Positions 50,008-64,000 of a stretch of DNA of 64,000 nucleotides are shown here, one piece after another. The notes beneath the pieces were generated by a model that was not told the origin of the DNA, searched no databases, and saw only the letters and a list, made by a program, of their open reading frames with translations. Source of the DNA: the human T2T-CHM13v2.0 reference genome, Homo sapiens; assembly GCF_009914755.1 (NCBI RefSeq), contig NC_060934.1; one strand, 5' to 3'. Within the stretch, counting starts at the first letter, position 1; each line of letters opens with the position of its first letter. A program made the translations under genes and the position numbers.

Positions 50008-51565
50008 CTAATCAGAAGATGAGAAAAAGAAAAAACATTGACATTGTTTGATTATATGAACAAACTAATCAAATATACATATCACAAAACATAATATACA
50101 AAGAAACAGTTAAAACCTGTAATAATATCACTGAACACCTGGAAGTAGGAAATGAGGAATACATAGAAATGTTTTAGATATTATCTGCTAGGCACAAAAC
50201 AAAACAAGGATGTCTCATTACCGTTTCTATACATAATATTTTTTTAACTTCATGGCAAATAGTTGCTTTGCCACTCATATTAATATAGGCAATCAAATAT
50301 GGATGAGTTCAGATAATTAGTAACTACTCTAAGAAAGAGTACATAATGGCTCCTTAGAAAAAGGTCTCCTCCAAAATTATGCTGCATTAAATAAAGTGAT
50401 ACCCACATTGGTATTAAAAAAAAAAAAGCAGTCATCCTGAAGTCCAACTGCATTTGGACAAGCAGTTGTTGTTAGCTAATTTAGCTGGGTACCACTCCAA
50501 ACTATTTTCAAATATCAAATGGTTTTAAAGATTTTTTTCAATAAATAAACTTCACTGACCAGGAAATAAAATTTGACCTATATTTACCATCCTATTCTAA
50601 CCACACTGAATAGCATTGTAAAATTTCTTGACTGAAAAATGGATGCTATTAACAATTCACAAGCCTACAGCTGGAACTTATGTGACAGAGCCCAAGGGAT
50701 TTTACGGCACAGGAATGAGATGAATCACTGTGAACACAGGACAACTGAGACATGTGAAATCAAACTGGAGGCCTCTCTTTAGTTAATGGACTCGGTATTT
50801 AACCTGGGCTAGTTGCTCATTACAGAGATAGCACAGGAGATTTTTATAGCTAATTAAACTGGGAAGGAAAGGACTGTGGAGAGAACAATTACGCAGAGGG
50901 TATACTAGTCTGCAGCTTTTCAAGTAAACGAAGAAAGAAAATCATATATATGATAGCAGAGAACTCCTTTCATAAACTGAGTAAAGGGCTCAAAGTCATG
51001 CAAAACAGCTATAATTTGTAGAGCTAGATACTTTACCTATTGTCCCAATTTTACTGAGAATGTAACTGACAGAGAGGTTAACTGGTCTCTTGCTCAAGGT
51101 TACCCATCAGTTATGTGGGAGAGCCTATATTTAAATACAGGACTGTCTATATCCAAAGTCCACACTCTTCATCCCACTCTATTACACATAAAGAAGTTCA
51201 GCAATCCACAAGACTATGTTTTTCATACCAATTCAGCATACTTTATAACATCTACTAACCATTTACACACAGCTGCCAAACAGAGTACTGAGATACTCAA
51301 AATGGAAATGCCTTGGAAAATATTTCAGATACCAAAGCCAGATTTTTTTTTTTAGGGTTATGGTATATAAAAAAGAACTAAAGTTGCTAATTTGAAAGAG
51401 GAGCTAAAACTGAGTAAATGTTTTAAAAATAATTTAAAGAACTTTGGATGGGAAAGAAGGAAGATGGCAAAATCTGTAACTAAAAATAAAACAAAATTCC
51501 AGCAGGTGTGAAAGGATATGAAATGTTGAATTTGTTCCTCAATTCACTTTTGCAAATTAATTACA

Positions 51566-53378
51566 TTCTTTTTTTTTTAAGACAGAGTCTCACTCTGTTG
51601 ACCAGGCTGGAGTGCAGTGGCACAATCTTGGCTCACTGCACCTCCGCCTCCCGGGTTCAAGTGAATCTCCTGCCTCAGCCTCCCAAGTAGCTGGGATTAC
51701 AGGCGCCTGCCACCAAGCCCAGCTAATTTTTGTATCTTTAGTAGAGTTAGGGTTTCACCATGTTGGTCAGGCTGGTCTCGAACTCCTGACCTCAAGTGAT
51801 CTGCCTGCCTCGGCCTCCCAAAGTGCTGGGATTACAGGCATGAGCCACTGCGCCCAGCCAGTAAATTAATTACATCCTAAATTTTGCTTGTCTAAAGACT
51901 ATAATGAGCAGCTCCATTCAAATGATGCTATATTTAACATATAATTAATCAATATTTGAAAGAGTTAATAAATTGTTTAGTTTATAATAGTAAATTGTAG
52001 AGACAGGATTCCAAATTATCTTAAATACTACATGATACCACCTTTCCTATGTCTAATCCAGTTGTGTATACGACCTCTTAAAAATTTTACTACCTTACCT
52101 AATACTGTTTGCTCAAAAAAAAACCTTGATTATAATCAGCAAAGATCCAAGTTTTCAAATACAGGTGACAGTGCTTACTTTAAGAGTAATGGCTTCAAAA
52201 AAAAGAAAGCACTTCTGAAGATGTCAAGTGGTACTCATGGTATATGAAACAATAATGGAGCCAGTAACAGTAAAATTGATATTCTGATTTTTAAATTCAG
52301 GTATTAAAATGTATATATCCCATATTTTCTTTCTATAAAATGAAGTGTTATGTGGTTTCTCAGGTTAGTATGAATTTCTAGCTGTACTTTATCAAAGCAG
52401 AAAAGATTAACTTCAACTCTTAGCAAAAAGAAACAAACATCAAGGTTTTTTTTTGAGCAAACAGTATTAAGGCAGTAAAATTTTAATAAAAGGTCATACA
52501 GACAACTGGATTAGACATTCAGAAGGTGGTATCACATAGTGTTCAAGAGAATTTGGAATCCTAGCTATATGATTTTAAGCTAGCTACTTATCTTTTCTGT
52601 ACTTTTTCTTTTGTTTTTTTTTTGTTTTGTTTTGTTTTTTTGAGACAGGGTCTCACTCTGTCGCCCAGGCTGAAGTGCAGTAGTGCAATCTGCAGCCTCT
52701 CCCTGCTGGGCTCAAGCAGTCCCCCGACCTTATCCTCCTGAGTAGCTGAAACTATAGGCATGCATCACCACACCTGGCAACCTTTTGTATTTTTTGTAGA
52801 GAAGGGCTATTGCTATGTTGCCCAGGGTGGTCTGGAACTCCTGAGCTCAAGTAGCCTCCTAAAGCACTGGGATTACAGGCATGAGCCACCGTGCCCAGCC
52901 CCTATTTTCTCAATCCGTAAAATGATGATAAAAATAGACAGCTTAAGATAGTGGTTGTGTGCACTAAATGAGTAATTATGTATAAGCCTGGAACATAATA
53001 AGCACTCAAAAAGCTTCTTATTATTGACGATAATTCCCACAAGACAAATATAGTCAAGCATTTTTCATTTAGAAATTTCACTTTTCTTTTCTTTCTTGAG
53101 ACGGAATCTTGCTCTATTGCCCGGCTGGAGTGCAGTGATGCCAATCCAACTCACTGCAACCTCCGCCTCTCAGGTTCAAGCTATTCTCTGTCTCAGCCTC
53201 CCAGGTAGCTGGGATTACAGGTGTGCACCACCATGCCCAGCTAATTTTTAGATTTTTAGTGGAGATGGGGTTTCACCATATTGGCCAGGTTGGTCTTGAA
53301 CTCCTGACCTCAAGTGATCCACCTGCCTCGGCCTCCCAAAGTGCCGCGATTACAGGCCTGAGCCTCTGGGCCTAGCCC
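51566..53378 (-). mobile_element. Three Alus (51566-51860, 52600-52900 inside a MIR, 53083-53378)
   Basis: Alu consensus; TSDs aaattaattacat and agaaatttcactt. Confidence 0.9.
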
Positions 53379-55294
53379 AGAAATTTCACTTCAAACCAAA
53401 AAAATAAACCACTGACAACCAATGAGTGAAAATGAGGTTTTAAAAAAGGGCCCAGTCATCATGCCCAAAGTAACATGTGACTTTGAAATATCTGTGAGGA
53501 ACTTCTGGCTTCAAGGAAATACTTTTATTCTCTTGGCATCTGTTACAGTGTTTTTAAAGCAAGAATTTCCCTATATAAAGAAAAAGAAAGCAGAAATGAT
53601 ATACCCTACTTTAAAAATGGGATAGGGCAAATGAAAACACAGATAACAAGAAAGACTAATAAAATTATATTTACATATTCATATTTAGCCAAAAACCTGA
53701 ATAAATATATTAATTAACCAAGAATTTCCACTTGAGTGGTTTCAGGTCTCTGGAAGCCAAGAGAGAGAGGGAAAGACATGGCTAATTAACAATGCAGAAT
53801 TACATGTCATATTAACCTGTTATCTAAATTTGACTAGAGTAGTTCAAATAAATGTGGAGAATTCATCAAACCCTGTCCCATGAGACTTTTAGTACCCTAT
53901 GTCGTAATTTACATTTCCTCAATCTTCAAAACATTTAACTCTTAAAAGACAGAAAATTTCTTAACAACTTACTATATATGTCAAGGAGTAAAACTACACT
54001 TGACCTTATTCTAGGGTCTTATTTTATCTGAGAAATAAAGTAAATAATTAGAACTCGAATAAAGCACGAAGAAGTATTACATTATAGGAAAAAATGTGTT
54101 CATATTCTCTTTAGAAGAACCAACAATTTCCCCCAAAAGGAATGGTATTTTAAAGTTAATTTGTTAATATTTTCAAAAAGAACTTTCACCTAGTAAAAGA
54201 GAATGTAGTAATATTAAAGCTTTGATTTTCAACTATGACTTCCATCTGTTCCTCTACTAATCATATTGTCTGTTATAAACACTATAATCAATACTTCCCT
54301 TTCTTGGTTTTGACTATACTTTTATCTCTTTACAGATAAATGTGGATAATATTTCATTTTTATTTGATGTAAAATGTTTTCTTGTTCCATGTAAACAAAT
54401 ATTCTTGTAGATAACATAAAGGAGGTGGAAATAAAATACACATAAATTTTTTCTTCCAAGTTTGAGAGACTGTCAAGGTTCTGAGGGGACTGTAGTTACA
54501 AATAATGGAAAAACTCAATTCAGAGGCAGTATTTCTGAAACGTTCAGGGAGAGGTTGGGGGAAAGGGGAATCAATAGGTAGGAAAGAATAACAAATCTAT
54601 TCTCTAAAAAAGAAATACATGGTGGTATGATGATAATGAACAATTGGTTTCAATAGACAATTTTATTGCTTGAAAATAGTGTATAAACTATAGCTTTTAG
54701 AAGACATAAGGGGACTGAATCCAACGTTGCGGAAATTGGTATTCCTTGCTTAAGGAACAATTTCATCTATACCAAGAAATTTTATTCTGTGACTTTATAA
54801 AAAAACATGGTGATGTTTGATGTGGAGAAAGTTGTCTATTACATGCAATAGAAACAGGAAATACAAAATATAATTTCTATCTTTGGTTTGCTGAAGGAAA
54901 AAAGGGGTAAGAGAAAATGGGAAAATAAAGAAGGCTACAAACCACTTGAAATAAATCATGCAAATAAAAGAGAGCAACTAAATGATTACATGAAAGAAAT
55001 ATTTAACAATAATGTAAAATAAAGCCTCCACTTAGAAATAATTGCTTTGTTTTATATGCCAACTAGATGGTAAAATCATAAAAGATGATAAATGAAACAA
55101 AGAAAAAATATAGTTTTCATTAAATAAATAATCCAAATTCATGAAATGACTGTATTGACAAATTGTTAGCAGAATACATGGATACTAGGGGAAGGTGCTT
55201 TTTTTTTTTTTTTTTTTTTTCTTTTCACAAGAAGGATTCAACACAGGAAGGTGCATTTAGAAAGAATCTATGACATATTACATTAAAACAAAAG

Positions 55295-55636
<342 letters not shown>

Positions 55637-56708
55637 TGCCAGAATATATTTTGTATTACCATCTCTATAATGCTAATAAGCTATTTATAATAATTTTCAA
55701 ATGTCTTCTAAGAGAAAATCCGAACTCTTTCAAGATTTGAAGTTTTAAACTTTTAAACCTAGTCTCATATTTTCAAAATAATATCACTTATCTACGAAAC
55801 ATATTCTTAAAACCAGTGGTAACCATAGCTGTTACCATTCTTTATACGAGACCTATGATAGTAGATGGTTTGGAAATGCAATAGACTATGCAAGTGCCAA
55901 TAATAATGTATTTCATAACTTTTCTACAAGGGAAATTTCTAGTATTCTAAAAGTATTAGTGTCCATTAACATAAAGTAATAATGGGCTCTGGAAAAAGAT
56001 TCAACTACAAATTCAAAAGCTGCTTAATTAAATTCAGTTCTCACTGACTATCAGTTGAAATAGTAATGTCTTATTTACTTCTTACAGGGAACCTTCTAGT
56101 TAATTAAACAGATCAGGAAAAAAATATTTTAGCAAAACAAGAAATAACTATCCAATTATTTGTCAATATCAGTTGCACCACTCTTTCCTATTTTGCATCT
56201 GGAGGTTCCATTATTCAGGTAGAAATTTAAAACATCCCAGGAAAATATTATTTTTATATTTGTTCTTACTTTCAATGACAAAAAGGCTGAAGTTTAATTC
56301 AATTAGAAGGCAATAAAATAAGCTAGTGTTTGTTACTGGTCAAATTTTGGACTTTGTTAAATGGTGTGCTAAAAGTTAAGATAATGGGGGCTAAGACAAT
56401 AGGAGTAAATAATTCTTTCTCTAAGATTTAATAGTTTATCTTCCAAATTAAAAAAAACAGAGGGAGAGGGAAAAAAATTATCCATTTAAAAATCAAAGCA
56501 AGTCTAAAAGGAAATTCCTCTTAGGTGTTTAGCTTTCTAACTACATTTCTGGCTATAATGCATAAAATTACTATAATATCATTACACACAAATCTGTTTT
56601 TTTAACAGAAAATTGTCTTAGAATTCATATATTCTGGAAGCAGTTACTTAAGAATTAAGATTTTCTGGATGAGAGAACAAAAGAGTCATGAAGATCTAAA
56701 GAAAAATG

Positions 56709-57597
<889 letters not shown>

Positions 57598-58233
57598 TTA
57601 TTAAAATGAATTTGCTATAAGTTATTACTGACTTAATGAGTCAGACCTCCACCAAGGAATATGTGATTGACTACTGTAGTTAATTTTTTGCAAGTCATTA
57701 AACATTTATTGTTGCCTCCTGTGTGCCAGGCCCATGCTGGACTCTGAGTGACACAAAAACAGGTAAGATAGGGACCTCACCCTCCAAAGACTCTGAAATC
57801 AGAAGTGTTGCAGTAAGTCCTCACATTGGATAGGGTACTTTACCATAGATAAAGCAGAGACACCAAGGATCAGAGAAAAGATGAAGCTGTCCCAAAGCAG
57901 AGTTAGGACCTTGAGCCGAGGTCTCCTAACATCTAGTTCAGCACTCTTCCTTTTTGATCATTCTTTTAGAATATGTGACTTTAAAAAGAGGATATTCACA
58001 GATGGAGGCATTTTAAGGCACTGTGCCACCTTAATAGGAAAGGTAACTTTTAGGCAGGTGGCCTTAGCTGAGATCTCTCTCAAATCTTAAGGCAGCTACT
58101 CATTCTTTTCACTTGTATAAAAGAGCTCAACACTTATCTCTCCACCTTACCAGGATATGGACTTTTATGTAATAATGCAGGAATTGGCACATTTCTGCAA
58201 AATCAGTTTTTACTAACCCTGACCTCTCCCCAT

Positions 58234-58425
58234 CTAGACCCTCTTTTGTGATCCTGCCTTTTCCAGCCACTCCATGATTGTCCTTCTGACTTCCTGTTCA
58301 TTGTGCTTTGTAGAACCATGCCTGGTTCTTTCTTCTTTCTGAAGTGCTTTCTTCCTCCTCTGTAAAATTGACCCTTTACTTTTCTTTCTGACCCTGTGTA
58401 ATATTTTCTTTTTGGAGAATCTGGC
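58234..58425 (-). other. Candidate alternative terminal/poison exon of MICU1 (ARFSKKKILHRV...GSQKRV*), in frame after exon 5
   Basis: Strong acceptor ttttttcctttcag at 58428-58426, purine-rich body, 63 codons open in the MICU1 frame to TAG; usage not demonstrable from sequence. Confidence 0.45.
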
Positions 58426-59008
58426 CTGAAAGGAAAAAACATGTTTGACTGCTTTATGAGACAATAAAACTGAAAGTCTCATTTTCTATACCTAAGAATA
58501 ATTTGTTATATTATTTATTCAGGTATAAATAATTAAAAATAAGTATAGTGCAAACTTATAGGCAAATCTGGAGCAGTCTTCATAATTATTACAAAAGCAC
58601 TACAAGGACCTTTGTAATTTTCTAGTTAAGATTATTGCTAGACACTATCATAAAGTCTGAGAAAGGTCAAATCAGGGAAGCGTTTTGTAATAAATGCCAA
58701 TACAGTATTGGGGGGCTTATTAATCTTTATGATGACTATTGAGTTAACATTCAAAAGTCAACAAACACTGAATTAGCCCTTAATATAAACAGGAGGCAAT
58801 ACATGAGAGTTACCTTACATGGAAAAATATAGAACCTTCTGCCTCTTTCTGTAGAGGTATGTAGAGGCACAGACCCCCTAACCTAAGCATGCTCTTTTGG
58901 TAAGATAAACAGGTATTCAGTGATTTCTCAAACATAACTATAGAGGAACTTAAAAATCTTCTTAGTAAATGATAGGATATATGTATAGAAGTGTCATAGT
59001 TTGCTCAC

Positions 59009-59052
59009 CTTTCCATCAAAGCGTTTTATTATATATTGATCCAGACCCAAGT
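59009..59052 (-). CDS. MICU1: MICU1 coding exon 5 (44 nt; (H)LGLDQYIIKRFDGK)
   Basis: Acceptor ttttcttttacag, donor AAG|gtgagc; translation matches MICU1. Confidence 0.98.
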
Positions 59053-59769
59053 CTGTAAAAGAAAAGGAAAAAACATTTAGCTACTGATTATAACTCAAGT
59101 GAAATATATAAAATGACAGCTCTTGGTTTTGTTTCCAGTCATTCAGTTAAAAGTACAAAACATTTATTCAAAGGCCACAGGAATGAATATTTTGCCCCAC
59201 TTTCAGATTTAAAGTGTGAGTGCTAAGAGATACCAACCCTTTTATTTTACATATCAGAAAAGTAAGGCTCTAAGAAGGTAAAAATGTGCAAACCTATTCA
59301 ACAGTAGAGTCCAGTTAGAACTCTGGACTCCTCCCAAGGTGGTGCTCTTTTCATTATATCAAGGTGCTATATTACTTTTCATTTAGGTAAGGAATATTAG
59401 TTTAATCTGAATGCATAATAATTTTTTCTATCAAGTTCAAAGAAAATAATTAAACACCAAAAAAAAAAAAAAAAAACTATTGCAGTACACCTAAACAGAC
59501 ACAAACAGACCATCTTAACATTACCTTTTAAAATTAGGTTAAATTTAAAAATTTACTTGGGAATACCTAGCTTTGGATTCTGTGCACTGTGAAAAATTAA
59601 GTGACTATATTCGGTGGCATTGAGGGCAGGGATAGTTTTGTCTTTACACATAGCTTTATCCCCAGCATTTAGAACAGTGCTTGATCAATAAATATCTGTA
59701 AAAGAATGAATGAATAAGAAACAGTCCTTGCCTTGAAAAGTCACAATTTAGTTAGAAAGACATACGGAT

Positions 59770-59961
59770 ATAATAATTAACATTACAAAGGAGCATACAA
59801 TTAGTTCAATAAAAGGGTGCTGTGGGAGTTTTGAGGGTGGAGAAATTAGTACTCAGTTACACTTATTTTCTTGCATAATTATTCAGTTATTTTCTTTCAG
59901 TTGTCACTAGTTCAGGCCCTTACCTCACTATGCCCACAGTATTACAATCATCAGATTATCA
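59770..59961 (+). repeat. 192-bp dispersed direct repeat, copy 1
   Basis: Aligns ungapped to 63253-63444 with 4 mismatches. Confidence 0.97.
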
Positions 59962-60241
59962 TTGCTCCCAGAAAAAGCTTTTTGCATTTCTAATTTAAAC
60001 ATTTGGTTATACATTCTTCTTATCTGAAATGTGCCTCATCTTCCAGAAGCCAGCCCTAAACAAACTGAACCACTGACTGTAAAAGAAACAGATAATTTAA
60101 GACACAGAAAGAAATGTTAGAAACAATTTTAATTTGCAACCTGACAGATATTTAAGAGAGTGTAAGTCATAAAGGCTGATATTTATCAGAACAGGCTTCT
60201 GATAAAAGAACAGAGAACAAGAAAGAGTTCTAGACAATTAA

Positions 60242-60691
<450 letters not shown>

Positions 60692-61104
60692 TAACCTCCC
60701 AAACTACTGCCAAAGGACAGCGGGATAGAAAATAGAAAATATAAGATAGAATTATAGAAAACAGAGACTCAATCCAAGAGGTTTAGTATCCTACAGGACC
60801 TTTCTCATTCAGAAACAGGGAGAAAATAATCCAAAAAATACTAGCAGAAACTTTCTCATAACTATAGAGAGACAGACTAAAAGACCTTACCAAGTGTTCT
60901 AAGCATATTGAACAAAAAAAACTACCCACACTTCAGTGTATCCTTGTGAAATTTCAGAATACCAAGGATAAAAAAATCCTAAAGATTTTCAGGAAAAAAT
61001 CTTCCTGGTCCCTTACAAAGGCAGGAGAATCAGAATAGAATCAGATGTCTCACAAGTAAAACTTGGTACATCAACTAAGGCAGATGTATGCTTACTAATT
61101 GCAT

Positions 61105-62229
<1,125 letters not shown>

Positions 62230-63252
62230 GTTTTAGGTTATCAGGGCAATACCCAGAATAACTCAAAATGTAACTTAAAATTTTAAAGGTGGTTACTTCT
62301 GTGACATGAACTGTGAAGATGGAGAAGATGGAACACATTTATGTTTTATATTTTATGCTCTTCATTATATTAAAAAAATGGTGAGGGGGAAGGGGCATGG
62401 GAGGACAACCTGGCACTCACTGAGAATTATTGTCATTTTATAAGCAAATACTGACATGAAGTAGGCCAAGACTTTCATTATTTCAAGTTGAAAGAAATGA
62501 TTATTTCACCTTGTTATGTTTTGATTTATTTACCTGCCAAATGAAGGAGATGGTTGGATTAGATCAGTTCTTAAAATGTTTGGAAGTGGAGTGTGGGGAA
62601 TGTGGATGGATGAAGTAATTCAAGCTATTGTCCCTAACTACTCCTCTAGAAAATCTAATAGGCCCAATTACTGGGGGCAGGGAGAGCATGGAGAATGAAA
62701 GGAGAAAAAATAGCATGTGTAGTTTAAAAACAATACTTAGGTGACTTCCATATGACATTTCCCTTTCAGTTTGCTACCCAAACCTTTTGGTCCCAGCTTA
62801 GAAACACCAGACTATAGCTATGTTGTTTTCACTGAGATGTTTCCTATGGTTTTTAAACTTTTATTCAAAGAACTTTCAGTCATTTAATTTAATGCTCATA
62901 GTGTGATATAAACACTACCTTTGCCTTTTTATTGATAAGAAAGCCAAGGCTCAGAAGGTTAAATGACTGTTTTTTTATTTTAACTCTAATAATCTTCTAA
63001 TTATGGCAGTTGCCTCTTTTCTTGAATCCACACCCAAAATACTATAATGTGTGTAAAAGTAGAGTATATGTAAAAGTAGAGTATGTGTAAAGGTACACAC
63101 ATACTGTTAAGAATAGTCTCAGTTTAAGCCTCAGAGTGAACATTTAAAAGACTTGTTTAAAGACAATGGCAACTGACTTTGTCAAACTCATTTTGTCAAA
63201 AGACACAAGGGCAACTGAATCAAATATGTCATTTCAAGATCTACAAATTAGA

Positions 63253-63444
63253 ATAATAATTAACATTACAAGGGAGCATACAATTAGTTCAATAAAAGGG
63301 TGCTGTGGGAGTTCTGAGGGTGGAGAAATTAGTACTCAGTTACACTTATTTTCTTGCATAATTATTCAGTTCTTTTCTTTCAGTTGTCACTAGTTCAGGC
63401 CCTTACCTCACTATGCCCACAGTATTACAATAATCAGATTATCA
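63253..63444 (+). repeat. 192-bp dispersed direct repeat, copy 2
   Basis: Aligns ungapped to 59770-59961 with 4 mismatches. Confidence 0.97.
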
Positions 63445-63449
63445 GTTAA

Positions 63450-64000
63450 AAATAACAGTACAAACTATCAAGGAGAAGACTGAAACATTTGAAAATATCA
63501 ATATTGACAACTTCTGTGCATTAAAAATCACCACAAACAAAATAAAAAGACAGGCCCCAGACTAGGACAGGAGATCTGCAATGTATATCACAGATTTTAG
63601 TGAGAATATATAAACTACTTTTACTAAAAAGGATAATCAAATGGAAAAATGAACAGAGACTATAAACAGGCAATTCATAGAAAAGGCAATGTAAGTAGTC
63701 AATAACATGCAGAGATGATAAGCCTCACTTGTCATTAGTGAAATGCAAAATAAAACCAGAAAAATATTTAAAACACTTTAAAGTGTAGAGTTTTTGTGTG
63801 TCTGTGATCAAAGTTAAGCTGTTATCAGCTTGAAATAATCTGTTATAATTATGTTTTTTGTAAGCCTCACGGTAGCCACAAAGAAAAATCCTGTAATAGA
63901 TACTCTAAAAATAAAAGGCAAGGAATTAAAATATACTACCAGAGAAAATAACCACAAAGGAAGACAAAGAAGACAGTAACAAAGGAAAAAAAGGAAGAGA
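63450..64000 (+). mobile_element. Old L1M fragments
   Basis: aacaggcaattcatagaaaagg...attagtgaaatgcaaaataaaacca and ORF1/ORF2-junction-like sequence at the window end. Confidence 0.65.

Noticed and set aside
58211-58217. Perfect TACTAAC branch-point/QKI word
   Set aside because: It is on the plus strand, so absent from MICU1 pre-mRNA.
63047-63092. Short 17-bp tandem (tgtaaaagtagagta..) and similar tatataac/aggattatata repeats at ~10735-10798
   Set aside because: Simple slippage duplications with no spacers or higher-order structure; not CRISPR-like.

Overview
Primate (almost certainly human) genomic DNA lying entirely inside MICU1 (mitochondrial calcium uptake 1), which is transcribed on the minus strand. 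Four constitutive coding exons are present (exons 5-8 by the usual numbering, ~H165-E311, including the EF-hand-1 loop [12 protein letters not shown]), and the exon 7 donor is a non-canonical GC. Intron 5 carries a compact alternative-splicing system: a 12-nt microexon (DFWQ, the human equivalent of the muscle MICU1.1 insert), a 6-nt microexon (TE), an ATG-bearing alternative exon (MKRIYTYRRAKEIFKDTPK) that is in frame only with exon 7, and a candidate Lys/Arg-rich terminal or poison exon. The introns also contain two antisense gene fragments. One is a decayed 5' SNX19 retrocopy. The other, and the least expected element, is an intact 124-nt copy of one STN1/OBFC1 exon that still has its own AG/GT splice sites. 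The remainder is a dense repeat landscape: ~44 Alu copies or fragments, L1PA/L1PB/L1M, L2, MIR, HSMAR2, a Ricksha MULE with a 9-bp TSD and ERVL cargo, and MER20/33/58. It includes several local templated duplications (192 bp and two of ~50 bp). Gene and repeat names come from recalled protein and consensus sequences, not from database searches, and repeat boundaries are approximate.
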